A stretch of DNA of 64,000 nucleotides, taken from NCBI RefSeq assembly GCF_009914755.1, contig NC_060928.1, one strand, 5' to 3'. Under the pieces are notes generated by a model. The model was not told the origin of the DNA, did not search any database, and worked only from the letters and a program-made list of their open reading frames with translations. Positions 17,355 through 33,266 of this stretch are shown here, piece by piece (position 1 is the first letter of the stretch; every line of letters starts with the position of its first letter). The position numbers and the translations under genes were made by a program. This stretch comes from the human T2T-CHM13v2.0 reference genome, Homo sapiens.

Positions 17355-18766
17355 GTAACATAACATCCATAAATCCACATGTAATCTGTCACTAGGAGTA
17401 TAATACCAAACTTTAAACCACTGTCAGCCTGGATGAATGTGAAACAATTTAGGCAACTTAACTTTAATTCATGTTTATAGATTCCAAATACAGATGTGAT
17501 CTCTAAATCCCATGGCTCAAAAGGAGCCTTTAGCATCAGCATGCTGTGGAACCAACCAGAGTGGAACACCAGTAATACGTACTTCTACAGGGACTTCACC
17601 TTGGATTGGAGTTTAACATCATGTTATAGGTGTTGTTGAGGCACATCATAAATCTCAGCTTAAATATACCTCTTCTGTCCTATTGAACTGCAGCTAGTTT
17701 ATGGACCTAACACATGGAGAAGATCAGTAAGAGCCTGTATGAGTCTCTGTAATTCTCATAACCCTGTAAAAATAGAACTTATTCTCCTGGTTTCACAATG
17801 TGAAAACTGAGGCTCAGAGAGGTCCACATACTTGTTTAAGTGTTAAAGGGGGCTTCTGAGCCCAGCCCAACCTTTCTGATTTCAAGACATGTGTACTATT
17901 TCTACTGTATTAAGCTGTGTGACCCCTCTTGAGGCATTATTACTAGAAAATATCGGTTTACACTCATTTACTCTCAATTTCTCCATAATGCCTTATTCAA
18001 GATCCCCAACTAGAACAACTAATCTCCAAACAACCTTTTTGTTTTTTTCTGATAGCTTCAACATGCTATCGATTGGACCCAAGTCATTTATTTCTCCAAT
18101 ATTAAAATGCCTGACAATTCGTCCATACTTTCGTGCGCAGACCATCTTGAAATCCAAAACAAAGATGTGCTAAGCACCAAAAAAGAAATGATCCCTATGA
18201 CTACTGAACAATGAGAAGCTAGCTAGGTCTCTAAACCCATGCATTTAGTTAGGCAATGTACAAGAGGCTTTAGAATCAGCAGGGTTTCAATTTGAATCCA
18301 AGCTCCTTTGCCTTAGTCAAATCACTTATCCTACCTCAAACTGTCCCCTCATCTGTAAAATCAGGACAATATCCCCTACCTCGTAAGGTTATTATTGAGA
18401 TTAAATAAACATCTACAAAAAGCACTTAGCGCAGTATCTGGTAAATAATGGCCCAATAAATAGTAGCTATTTTCCTTCATTCCATGCTTAAACTTCACAC
18501 CCTATGAACCCAATACCTGTACTTATCACAAACAGTTTCAATGATGTTGGTATTTTAAAGGCAGTTTTAAGGCAATTTAGAAAAAAATTAATCATCATGG
18601 ATAGAATTCACTATTCATGATGTGAATAGATCACGAGGCACTAAGAGCTCCACAAATATTTGAGGCTTTCAACATAAGCCCTACTTCTTACGCCTGTGTC
18701 TAATTCATCTGTCTGTATATATACTACCAATGAGTATAGTCATAACATTTCAAAAAAACATTTCAT

Positions 18767-19058
18767 GGCCAAGCGCAGTGACTCACACTTGTAATCTCAA
18801 CACTTTGGGAGGCCAAGGCAGGCGGATCACTTGAGCCCAAGAATTTGAGACCAGCCTGGGCAACATAGCAAGACCTTGTCTCTATAAAAAAGAAAAAAAA
18901 ATTAGCCAGACATAATGGCATGCACCTGTGGTCCCAGCTACCAAAGAGGCTGAGGTGGGAGGTTCACTTGAGCCCGAGAGTTGAGGATGCAGTGAGCTGT
19001 GATTGTACCACTTCAATCCAGCCTGGGCAACAGAGCAAGATCCTGCCTTTAAAAAAAA
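18767..19058 (+). mobile_element. AluJ
   Basis: AluJ-type CACTTGAGCCC motifs and an A tail. Confidence 0.9.
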
Positions 19059-19382
19059 TTAGTAATAATAAACTTTTGCTGCATGTATTGAATTCAGCTA
19101 TCCCCAAGTCATTCAGTACTCCCTCTTCTGTGTTACATTTCAAGCATCTGTTATAGCTCTTAGGATACACATACTTTCTATTTATAGGACTATTTCCCAT
19201 CTCAACTCATATACAACCCTTAAGGACAGGACTGCATGTTAATTTTGAATCCCCAGGGAGTAGCCCATTATTAGACATTAACTATGCCTGGATAATCACA
19301 ACTCCATCAACAAAAATATAGTTATACAATCATCTGAATCCCCACTACATACTACATACATTTTTTAACAAGGGAAAAGTGA

Positions 19383-19619
<237 letters not shown>

Positions 19620-20510
19620 TGACTGTGGATTTCCTTGTTTCAAATTGGAAATTAGCCAATAATAGGTTTCTGGAATCAAAAGACCCACGTTGCTCCCAGA
19701 AGTACATATTTAAAGCAGCATAAACTAAAAACTGTGATCATAAGTTTTAAACCTCAATAATCATGAAATAGCAAAATACCACCATTTTTCATATAAGTAT
19801 CCCATGAAAAATACCTTTTATGAAATACATTTACGTATCAAAAAAATGAAAACATCTGGCTAAATCATGTTAGACACAACTGTGCATAAGGATCAAAACA
19901 CTCTAGAGCAGTTTTTTTAAGGATATGGTTTTATACTGATTGCTTTTCATTGCTAAGAAAGGTGGTTATTAATAGACGATATACCCTCTTTACTGCCTGC
20001 TGCTATGTTCACATGCTATAGCTGGATAATAAAACCTACAAAGCAGGCTCGTAACTAAAACTTAACAGTAAGCCTTACTAGCTAAACAGTGTGAAGGTCA
20101 AATTAGATCACTCACTGAGTAAAATTTATCCTTTAACTTATAAGGCAGGTTCTCAGCCAGGATATTTTCAGTTCAAGTGTCAGAAAACTCAAAAAGGCTT
20201 GAGCAATAGAGAATCTACTGGCTTAAGTAAAGCTTAGAGGGTAGCTATCAGGGCTGTCCCACTCTTTTGCAAGTCCTCCCATTCTGCCCTCCTCTTCCGT
20301 ATGATGGCATCATCCTGAGACTGGGTTTCCTCATGGAAGCAAATGCTGGAACACTTACAGAATTCACATCTGCGCACATACTACCCAAAGCAGGAGAACA
20401 TCACGTGCCATTATTCCTAACAAGTTTCCCAAGATTCCCTCTGAGACTCCCTTTGATCACTTGCCCATCCCCGTGGATCAATCATTGTAGCCAAGGGGAC
20501 GAAAATTATT

Positions 20511-20822
20511 GTCGGGCGCTATGGCTCACACCTGTAACCCCAGCACTTTGGGAGGCTGAGGCAGCGGATCGCTTGAGCCCTGGAGTTCAAGATCAGCCTT
20601 GGCAGCATGGCAAAACTCCATCTCTACAAAAAATACAAAAAGTAGCCAGGATGGTGGCACTTGCCTGCAGTCCCAGCTACTCAGGAGGCTAAAGTGGGGG
20701 GACCATTTGAGCCCAGCAGGAGGCCGAGGCTGCAGTGGTGAGCCATGATCATGCCACTGCAGTCTAGCATGGACAACAGTCAGACCTGTCTCAAAAAAAA
20801 AAAAAAAAAAAGAAAAAAGAAA
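20511..20822 (+). mobile_element. AluJ
   Basis: Dimeric Alu with a long A tail. Confidence 0.9.
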
Positions 20823-21028
20823 TGTATTTGTTAGTTTAACCTATGTATCTGGAATTACAATGGTTACGATGCATACTAGGTACTTTCAAAAAGAGGGAAC
20901 AGTGATGGAGTGACTAACAGGTGGCTTATACACCTATATGCAAGGAAAACAAAATGGATATTAAGCAGCTCTCGATTTTCTGTATTGCTAATAAAAAGCT
21001 GAGTAGAAAAACACAAGCAAATAACTGA

Positions 21029-21316
<288 letters not shown>

Positions 21317-21418
21317 TTTTTTTCACTGTACTTTCTGTATCATGTAAAAACTACACTTAGGATATGAGAAAATTTTAAATTATATGCATCACATCAGAAG
21401 AACATATTATTGGCAAAT

Positions 21419-21424
21419 AATAAA
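21419..21424 (+). terminator. CC2D2A: Probable CC2D2A poly(A) signal (short 3'UTR of ~130 nt)
   Basis: AATAAA ~100 nt after the stop, with upstream TGTA motifs and GT-rich sequence downstream. A second AATAAA lies at 21721. Confidence 0.65.
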
Positions 21425-21906
21425 ATTATCAACTGTTTTCAAACTGTGCAAAGTGTTCTATTTAGCAGTCTGCCTTGTGTCTGCTACTTGACCCTGAAAT
21501 TCAATTGAGACTACCCACAGTAGGATATATTATGAGCTTCCTGCCTCTATTCCTTTGTACTTACTTACCTTTTGCTTGGGCAAATATTAACAGCAATGGA
21601 ATGAAAGTGAGAGAAACTTAACAAGTTTTACCTTAGAGCAAGGTAAAGCTTTAAAGAGAGCATCATTAGAGCCTTTAGAGTTCCTCCTCCTTTGCTGTGT
21701 TTAATTCAAATATTAGTTGAAATAAAAAGCAGTAGTGAGTTATATTCCATCAAATGATTCTTCATCTTTAGAAAACACTAAGACAATTTGCCTGAACTGA
21801 ATGTTTACCAGTTTTTATTGCTACTCCTCCTCCTCTCTCCAAATAAACAAAACAAATAAATATCCAAGACTGCAAGATTACTTCATCTTCCACAGGTTTG
21901 CATGTA

Positions 21907-24566
<2,660 letters not shown>

Positions 24567-24904
24567 TATCTGTATCAATAGGAGGAACATTGCCATTTTC
24601 TTCTACATGACATAAAATTGTACTAAAAGGCACTAGTATGTGCCTTTCTGGGTGGCAGGCCTCCACTCTCATGATGTTTTAACAAAGCAAAGTAGATATA
24701 CTTACGGATTCAAATTTTGACTACTGAATAACTCATTTCAAAAAGAAAATTCAGCTCAATAAAATTCAGTATCTGTCTAAAACTATTTGTCAGGGTAATA
24801 AGTTCATGGGAGGTCCAAAGACAAAGTATGTAGTCCTATTCTATACTAAAGTAAACCTGGATTGAGATTTATAATAAAAATCACAACACAACAGTATTAC
24901 TTGG

Positions 24905-25613
24905 TAAAGTCCTCAAAGTAGATTTTATTTATACATTTCTTCAAATGATTGTGGTATTTTAAAAAATCTCTCCCAAATTTGATGACATAGGGACAGTGGT
25001 GAGAACAAAGTATCCCTAAAGGAAACAAATATCGATTGGTGCTTTCCTAGCTCACTGAGCTAACACTCAGAAGCCAATTTATTCTATAATCCTAAAGAAC
25101 CTTAAATGTGGGTTTGTTTGAATTGGCCTTCTGAGAATCATTGAAATAAAGGAAATATTACGGAAAAGAGATTAGTTTCCAAAAATGTGCTGTCTTTGAA
25201 AATAAGTCTTCAGACATGTGTGTCGGAAAAGATCTGCAAAGCTTGGTACAGTGTTAATGTGTAAAGAGAACCAATCACCTCCATGGACTTTAAAACTCAA
25301 AATTATCTATGAAATACTTTAAATGACATGGCATTACCAACATTCTTTAAAGCATTTCATTTAAAAGAAAAATGTAAGACTGTTCTCACCCTTTTGAAAA
25401 GACCTAATCCCTTTCTAAACCAAAAGTATAATTTGCAAGAGAAACAACATTACAATTCACTGGTAAATTAAGATTTCTGAAGTTGTAAGAAATGGGGCCA
25501 AAACAAGTCACGCTCAAAAAGGGATGGTTAACACAAGAAATGTGCTATGAGTAAAGTGCATGAAAGAAAGCCTGCTCAGCTAAATGAAGTAGACAAAGAT
25601 CAGAAGTCAAGGG
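24905..25613 (-). other. FBXL5: FBXL5 3'UTR (~0.7 kb; end approximate)
   Basis: Repeat-free sequence between the stop codon (25614-25616) and the poly(A) signal. Confidence 0.75.
24924..24929 (-). terminator. FBXL5: Probable FBXL5 poly(A) signal
   Basis: The minus strand reads ATGTATA-AATAAA, followed ~30 nt later by a GU-rich element (ACTGTTGTGTTGTG). Confidence 0.75.
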
Positions 25614-25690
25614 TCATTCGCCAGAGCGGCAGCAGGCTCGAAAACCACACTGCAAATTCTGGCATCCACTGGCGGTATCAGCATGAGGAC
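25614..25690 (-). CDS. FBXL5: FBXL5 terminal coding exon (C-terminal [2Fe-2S] ligands)
   Basis: Acceptor atacag|GT CCT. Encodes (G)[24 protein letters not shown] then TGA. Counting back from a 691-aa end gives C676, C686 and C687, the known cluster ligands. Confidence 0.96.
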
Positions 25691-27827
25691 CTGTATGAAA
25701 ACAGAAAAATGTGAAAGGAGGAATTTCTTAGAGATCACATAAAAATAATTTTGCTTATGAAGGAGTTAAACATTCATTGGTTTTACTAGCAGTACTTATA
25801 TGATAGAAGTAAATCTCATGATAAGTGTATAAGAAATTATTCAGACACAAAACTCAATAGCAGCTTGACTTTAATTAATATATCCTTCATGGTCCAAAAG
25901 GTAAGTGGAAGAAGGGAAAAAAATAATTTTTAGCAACAACTTACAATATAAAAATCCAAAATGGAAATGAGACAATCCACAGAAGCAAGATTGCCAAGCT
26001 AACTTATAAAAAGATTCTTATAATCTGAACATCCTCCCTAGAAATGTAATAAAGGCAAAAAACAGCCCTAACTATAATCGATCAGCTAAAGAAGTCAGTA
26101 TTGAGCAATTACAATAAATATTATATTCAAATTTTAAAGCAAAATAAACTATATAGACAAAGATTTAATATATTTGCCATATTTTTATTTAGTATTTGTA
26201 GCCAAAAATATCTATATATGGTAGGGTTAGATGAAATTATTTTCCAAAATTAAATATATAATGAGTGATCAATTAAACTGTAGCCATAGTAAAAATTATC
26301 ATTCACTTACAAAGAATAAAAAAAAATCTGTGGAATAACTGACATTTTATCCCAGTCACACTATGCTACCCAGGCACTAGATACAAGACCCATTAGGGAA
26401 CATAGCTGAGAATTAGAAAATATCAAAGAAGAAGTTTCACAGTACATATTCAAATGTCAAGTACTCTGAATGAATGATATTTTCATAAAAGCAGGCAAAT
26501 GTGGAAAAGATTGTTTCAACTATATTGAAGTCTTTCATTATGTCTATACCATGAACAAATAAGGAGTAGTTAATTTGTTCTTTACATATCAACAAGAACA
26601 ACCAAAATACTTGCAATTGTGATATAAGGAACAATACAAAATGAAAACTGTACATGAAATATAATTTTACTGCAGAATATATCAAATGGATTGTAACTGA
26701 AAAATCACAGTACTCTGGGGTGATATCTAGCTTAACTCAAAAACACATTTTAAATTTACTTTTTATTTTCTAAAACAGCACTCGGCTGCAACAACAACAA
26801 CAAAAAAGCAAGTAAGCTAATACTACCATAACAATTACTTCCAACTAAACACATAGAACACATTAATTTCCAGAAATTTAACTTTTCCTTATATTCCCCA
26901 AATGGCACATACAAAATACAAAGGGCAAATTTCTTAAGACATACAGTCTTAGGAAAGAAACTAATAAACATTACGCAAATATGTGGAACTACAACAGCTT
27001 ATGCTTTCAGTCATATTAATTTTTAAGTTGATATGACACCTGTGATTAGCTTAATGGCGGAGTAGATATGGGAATGAGCAATGGTATAGATGAAAGGAGA
27101 CTGCCCACAGGTTTATAACTGCTGAAGCTGATGGTACATGAGGATTCGTTGTATTATTCGATGTTAAATTTTTCCATAACAGGAAGTTTAAAATTATTTT
27201 AAATATAAAGTTGAATTACTAAAGCCAATTTTTATTTAATCAAAATAACAATCTTTTCTGGTCTTTAAATGAGAAGTTAAATATGTTAAATATTTAAAAT
27301 TCACAAAGCAGCATTTTGTTAAAATTATTTTCCCTTAAAATAAGAAACAATGTTAATCATCTTAATCACAAACTCAAGATAAAATGTTTTAGTATATATT
27401 GAATACTTATTAAAAATGCCCTGAGAAGCAACCCTATGATCTGAAATTCTTCTCCCACTGCCAATCTTTAACCAAGTTTTTCCTTTGAATATAATGCCAG
27501 CTTTACCCACTGTGCACCACCCAATCCCCATTATTCCCCTTCTTAGCTTGTCTTTCCTCACCCCTTACACTGCCCACTGTTTTGTCTACCAATCACCTAG
27601 TGCCTCTCCTCAAGACACAAGCCCTGCCTCACTGCCATTCTCCTGCTCTGACCCTTAGGTCCATCATGAAATGCCAGATTCACTGGGTTTTGCCAAAATG
27701 GATCTGATTATCATTTTATCAGATTAAAATTCCATTCTAAATTTTTTTAAAGAAATAAGAAGAGACATGAAGACTCTATACAATTTTTCCAAACTGCAAC
27801 TCCCTCAAATATTTCAAAATGTCTATA

Positions 27828-28011
27828 CCATTAAGTCCTCACTTAACATCGATAGGTTCTTAGAAACTGCGACTCTAAGCAAAATAACGTATAACAAAGG
27901 TAGTTGTTTTGTTTGCATCATTATAATGAAATGACACTATTTGAGGACTTCCTGTATGTTTTCTTTAAAGTCAGTTTCCAAAAACATACCACCGACACGG
28001 AGGACTTACTA
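27828..28011. mobile_element. Short Tigger-family MITE (MER82-like, internally deleted)
   Basis: Inverted ends TAAGTCCTC...GAGGACTTA, plus an internal AGAAACTGCGACTCTAAG/CTTTAAAGTCAGTTTCC inverted pair. Confidence 0.6.
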
Positions 28012-28425
28012 TAGTCCTATTTTTTTAAAAGGACAGAAAGGTAAGGGAGAAATATTATGCTAAATTTCAACAGTAGCCTAAGAAAAATATGCCATATCTG
28101 GAAGCAATGGAAGTGAAGTATGCAATTGGTTTTCAAAGGATAAAGTAAAAGGGAGACTCAAAGGAGCAAACAGATCAAAAAAGCTATTCTCCTAGAGATT
28201 CAGATCTAACCTGACATGACACAGTTTTTCACCACCCTCCCCAAAAGATGTAGGGTCCACATGCTCAGTTTCCACCCTAGCTACCTGGGTCATTATGCTC
28301 CTGAAGTCTAAGGGATGGTGGCAGAGATAATGGGGGAAGAAAAATGTAGAAATAAAAGTTTTTACCCTGTATTAGGTAAAAAGCACAAACCTACTGTCAG
28401 CATCTCCTTATTTATCACAAAACAA

Positions 28426-28500
28426 AGTTCCTGCCTATATTCATATAAAATGTGTCTACTCAGTGAGTAGACACATTTTATATGAATATAGGCAAGAACT
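28426..28500. repeat. 75-nt near-perfect palindrome
   Basis: 28432-28462 is the exact reverse complement of 28464-28494. The pairing extends by AGTTC/GAACT after one mismatch. Confidence 0.97.
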
Positions 28501-30925
28501 CTGAATACATTTTAAGTTCACCAGAATTGAGTTTCAGTGAGATTCTAAGTATACAGAGTGAAGAGAGAGAATATATTGTTTTCAAATTTGAAAGCAGAAT
28601 CTGTTTAAAGAAGGCTATATGAACTTAATCAGTAACTATAGTATTAAATGACTCAAAACTACAATCCTATGATAAGGTAAATAATAAGAGTAGTTACTGG
28701 TATTTGATCCCAATAATCATGAAAGTGACAGCACCCATTAAAGGATCTGCTGAAGGCCTGAGCCAAAACAAAAATGAAGACAAGCACTGTTTTAAACTCA
28801 GTATCACATTGTAGAAAACAGGAGACTAACACCTTCCAAAGCATGGAAAGTATAAGCAACATTAACAATAAAATCCTTAAGTAACACAGAAGGACTGTTC
28901 AGAGAAGTGAATAAATGGACAACAGAATAAATGGACAACAGAAAAGGTGAGGGAAAACTAGAAAGAAATATGACTAAGATATGATGGATTGCCAGGTAGA
29001 CAGCTATGCTTTAACAGACGAAGATAATTCACAAGGTAGTTCCCTTTAAATATTTGACTTATCACCAGCAAACTTCCATCTCGATGTAGGACACAGAACC
29101 CAAATGGTTAAGATATATAAAGCCTAAATTACATTAAGGAATAATAAAGAAAATAGAAAAATATAATTGAATAATCATTAAAATATTTAAATGCGTGGTA
29201 AAGAATAATCTTATAAGAAAGCATTTTTAAGTATCAGATGATAGGAAGTATAAGGTTAGCTATTATTTCTCCAGACTTTTATTATTGAATAACTTGTTTT
29301 TACTGAGTTCTAAGTATATTACTTATGCTGTATATCTGCACTTACCTTCACTTACCTTTAATTCCTCTTTAACTTAAATTAGAAACATAAAAGAGCACAT
29401 CATCTGAGACTGTGTCACCTCCAAAACTATGAGCTAATCTATCTTAATTTATAAATTATACATACATTGAAATGCAAATCAGTAAAAAAGTTTATTTGCT
29501 ATCATTGCTCAAATGTTCTTCACAGCTCTACAACTATGCTATTCCATTTAACACTTCTTAAATGTTAAAGAAATTTTTTAATGTTATGGCTAAGAAGACT
29601 TTTCAAATCTTATCAAATAAATTTAAAAGTCATAAAGAATCATTCAGAAGAATCTAGACTTGCATTTTATATCAAGACACTTTATGTACAGTGTCTTGCA
29701 CTGTACTGGGCACTGTTTGAATATATGATAACTAACTTATTATCTCCAAAATCTCTGCTAATGCTTGGAAAATAGATCATTCTGCTTTACTTATCATGTA
29801 TTACTTAATGACTAATGTTTATCAGTATTAACTTCTTTTACATTTAGTAACCTGATAGTTAACTATATATGTTTTCTTTTAAAAAATATATTTTTAGCTA
29901 AACGTCACTTTCAAATATTTGAAATATAATTTGTCACCTAAATACACTTCTCCATTGCTCTAATACCACGTATTAAAACACACTACTTTCAGAAATAATA
30001 AAAATAGTAACAAGGATGCCCCTGAGCATTCACTAGATATCTACTGTACAAGCTGAGCTGTTTTGAAAGATACTGGAACAAGTGTCATCTTGCAAAACTG
30101 GATACAACACAACTTCTTTCTAACACTTTCTAGGTTGTCCACATATCCTTTTAAGGAAAAGACTATGAGAGAGCATTGCTTTAAGAACAACCTATGTGGA
30201 ACTCAGACACAAGTTATTTAACAAGTCACCCTGTAAATTTTAAAGGCTTTCCATTCCCCCAAATCATGCTTCAATAAGCTATAAAAGGAGAGTTAATATT
30301 GGATTATACAAGCACTGAAATTTCCTTTCAAATCTTTCAAAGTCAGATATCTTCATCACAATTCATTTATTTTAAAAAATCAATCATTTATCCAAAAAAA
30401 CTTTTACATTCAACAAAAGGAATATAATAGCTCCTCTGAAACTATATATTCAAAACAAGTTTAGAGGAAATGCATAAGGACAAAGTGCAAAAGATTTTAA
30501 TTATTTCATTTTATCCCATCATCTAAATTATTTCAAAGTTTAAAAACATACAAACATAAAACAAGTAAGCATAAAAACAAACTGAAACCCAGTCCCCTCC
30601 CTCTACCCAATAACATCTATGAATCCAAAAATAAATATAATGAATTCAATAGTGAGATTTATTCCAAAGCATAACCTATGCTGAAATCAATATGAAAAAT
30701 TCAAGTGCAACATACAAATAAAATTTTTTCTGATAAAAAACAATTGCTTATTAATTACTCTTGATAATATGTCCTATAAGCCTTAGGAAGTGGAAGTATA
30801 GCACTAAACCTACAATAAAATAACTTTATGTTAACAAAACTCCGTTCTCAAATCCACAGCATCCACAAAAGTAACAGCTTCACTGCATCAATCAAACTTT
30901 GTTTTCATAGGCTTAGCATGTTGCA

Positions 30926-31000
30926 ACTACAATGACATTCACTTTCACCAACTACGATGACATTCACTTTCACCAACTATGATGACATTCACTTTGGCCA
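30926..31000. repeat. Minisatellite, 3 x 25 bp
   Basis: ACTACAATGACATTCACTTTCACCA / ACTACGATGACATTCACTTTCACCA / ACTATGATGACATTCACTTTGGCCA. Confidence 0.95.
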
Positions 31001-32157
31001 TTCCTTGATTATACACAGAAGGCAACAGAAAACAAAGAAATGTCCAACTTAGTGCTGATATATCAAGAACATGGGAGGTCATCTCCTGCATAACAATGTG
31101 ATTCCTGAAATAAGAGAGCTACCATCTCCAGTTTCCTCTTATATATTTTAAGGAAAACCTAATCTCGAGAAATAGCAGTTTTCTCCATTTTGCGGTATGT
31201 CATTACTCCCTTCTGGTCTTCCTGACTCCTGTCAATTGTTCTGCCTGAGAAAAATTTTGTTGATTTTCCTGTCATCTTAAGGTGAACTGGGCACTCAAAG
31301 ACAATAGGGCGCAGTATAAAAAGACAGGTACATAGTAGTCTGAGCCATCTAAAATTTTCTCCAGTTATAAATACAGGAGGTTGATTTGCTTACTAATAAC
31401 AGAAGAGCAGCTTTTTATGCTTCTGGGAAATTCAGTCTCTACCAGTGACTATCAAATGTGCAAAAAGGCACTGAACATACTTTGAAAAAGCATGTTCAAT
31501 AAGACCACTGTAGGGTAGAATATGTTTAAAAGAACAAAATCAAGAAGTATTTCTTGTGATTTTTGAAAGTAGGTTCAGGAATCAATTTCCAAAATACTAC
31601 AGGAATTCTAGTCATGTCTAAAGCATCTCAGACTCTTCTCAATACTACATACTGTCCTCTCCCCTCAATCTTTGCTAAGAGTTGTCATCAGATCCAGAAA
31701 CTCTGGAAGTCCACATTACCAAAGTCCTCATTTTTCTACATTTGATAAAGTTGTCTTACAAGAAATAAGACTCTATTATCCCTAAGAAATCAGTGTATCT
31801 AGAACATAAATAGTTCTAAATTCTTAATGAGTGCTACAAAACTCTAGAGGAATACCTAAAACTTTTAACAAGAATTTTAGTATTTCTATTAACTTACCAT
31901 TTTTGATTACACTATTACATCCCTCAAAAATCTGACACAATGGATATTTAGAATATACATCTGCAAGAAAAACTTACCTTTCAAGATGTTAATTAATGAA
32001 AATGTAATTTTAAAATTTTATCAAATTTAACTAAATCTGAAAGTAAGACAGTCTGGGAATTAGAAATCTAGAAAACTAAATGGAAAAATTATTAGAACTG
32101 CTAAAAAAAATTTTAAATTAATTCCTTCAAAATTATCGCACTGTTAAAAGGCATTAC

Positions 32158-32306
32158 CGTTAATGTTGTCACAGTAGTAAAAGTATTCATCATTCAGAGA
32201 AGGACATGCTGAAACCAAATCCTGCAGGCCTGCACCAGTTATAGTAAGACAACCAGAGAGATTAAGGTGCTCCAAATAAGGCAGCCCTCCTCCCAGAGTC
32301 AAAACC
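32158..32306 (-). CDS. FBXL5: FBXL5 coding exon (149 nt; last LRR and C662)
   Basis: Boundaries ttacag|G GTT...AAC G|gtaatg. Encodes [49 protein letters not shown]. Confidence 0.96.
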
Positions 32307-32671
32307 CTGTAAGAAAAATAATTTGACAATTAGAAGATACTAATCTATAAAAATGTTTGTATTCCTATGGTTCACTGAACCACTATTTTACATACTTTTC
32401 AATATGGTAATGAGAAAATTTAAGAATTTCTGTAAAACACTGATAACCAACCTCATCCTTAGGCAGAAATACATTTAACTCAGAAAATGTTCAACATTTT
32501 TCCTAACAACATTCAATAAAGAAATCTATAAAACTGTTCTTTATAAGAACATCATGGTAACTCAATTCTTAGAGGAAGTACTGAACCCTGGAGTTGTAAT
32601 GTTCATTCTCCTACCCAACTGTATTAGTAAGTAAAAATTATCAAGAAAATTACTGAAGCTTAAAACCTAAT

Positions 32672-33266
32672 AAGCAGTTGGGCAGTTTCTAAAAAAAAAA
32701 TTATAGATACACCTAGCATATGATCCAGCAATTCCTGTCCCAGGTATATACCCAAGAGAATTAAAACCATGTTTACACAAAAACTTGCACATGAATGTTC
32801 ATAGTAGCATTATTCATAACAGTTAGAAAGTAGAAACAACTCAAATGTCCATTAACTAATAAATGGATAAATAAAATGTGGTACATCCATACAATTAAAT
32901 ATTCTGCAGCCACAAAGTACTGACACATAGTATAACATGCATAAACCTTGAACACATAAACCTAATTTTAAAAAGCCAGATACTAAAGGCCACATATTGA
33001 ATGATTCCATTAATATTATCATTCCAGAAGAGGTAAATCCACAGAGACACCAAGTCGATTCATGGTTATCAGAGGCTGGGGAAAGGGGGAGTGAGAAGTG
33101 ACTGCTAATAAGTATGGGGTTCTTTTTGGGATGATGAAAATGTTTTGAATTAGTCTGTGGTGGATGGTTGAACAACCCTGTAAATATACTAAAAATCACT
33201 GAATTAATCGTATACTTTTAAAAAGCAGTAAATTTTATGGTATGTTAATTACATTTCAATAAAAAA
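32672..33266 (+). mobile_element. L1MB/ME-type 3' end
   Basis: Old L1 3'UTR motifs with an 11-bp TSD TAAAACCTAAT at 32661-32671 and 33267-33277. Confidence 0.82.

Noticed and set aside
28455-28471. The palindrome apex reads CAGTGA on +, resembling an iron-responsive element loop inside the gene that controls IRP2
   Set aside because: It is on the strand opposite to FBXL5, whose pre-mRNA reads CACUG. It is intronic, the stem pairs around a 5-nt rather than 6-nt loop, and there is no unpaired C bulge, so it is not a canonical IRE.
30926-31000. Tandem repeats as a CRISPR-like array or C/D snoRNA (ATGATGA in the third unit)
   Set aside because: The repeats are contiguous with no spacers and the DNA is eukaryotic. 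The C-box-like motif is antisense to the host gene with no clear terminal stem and D box.
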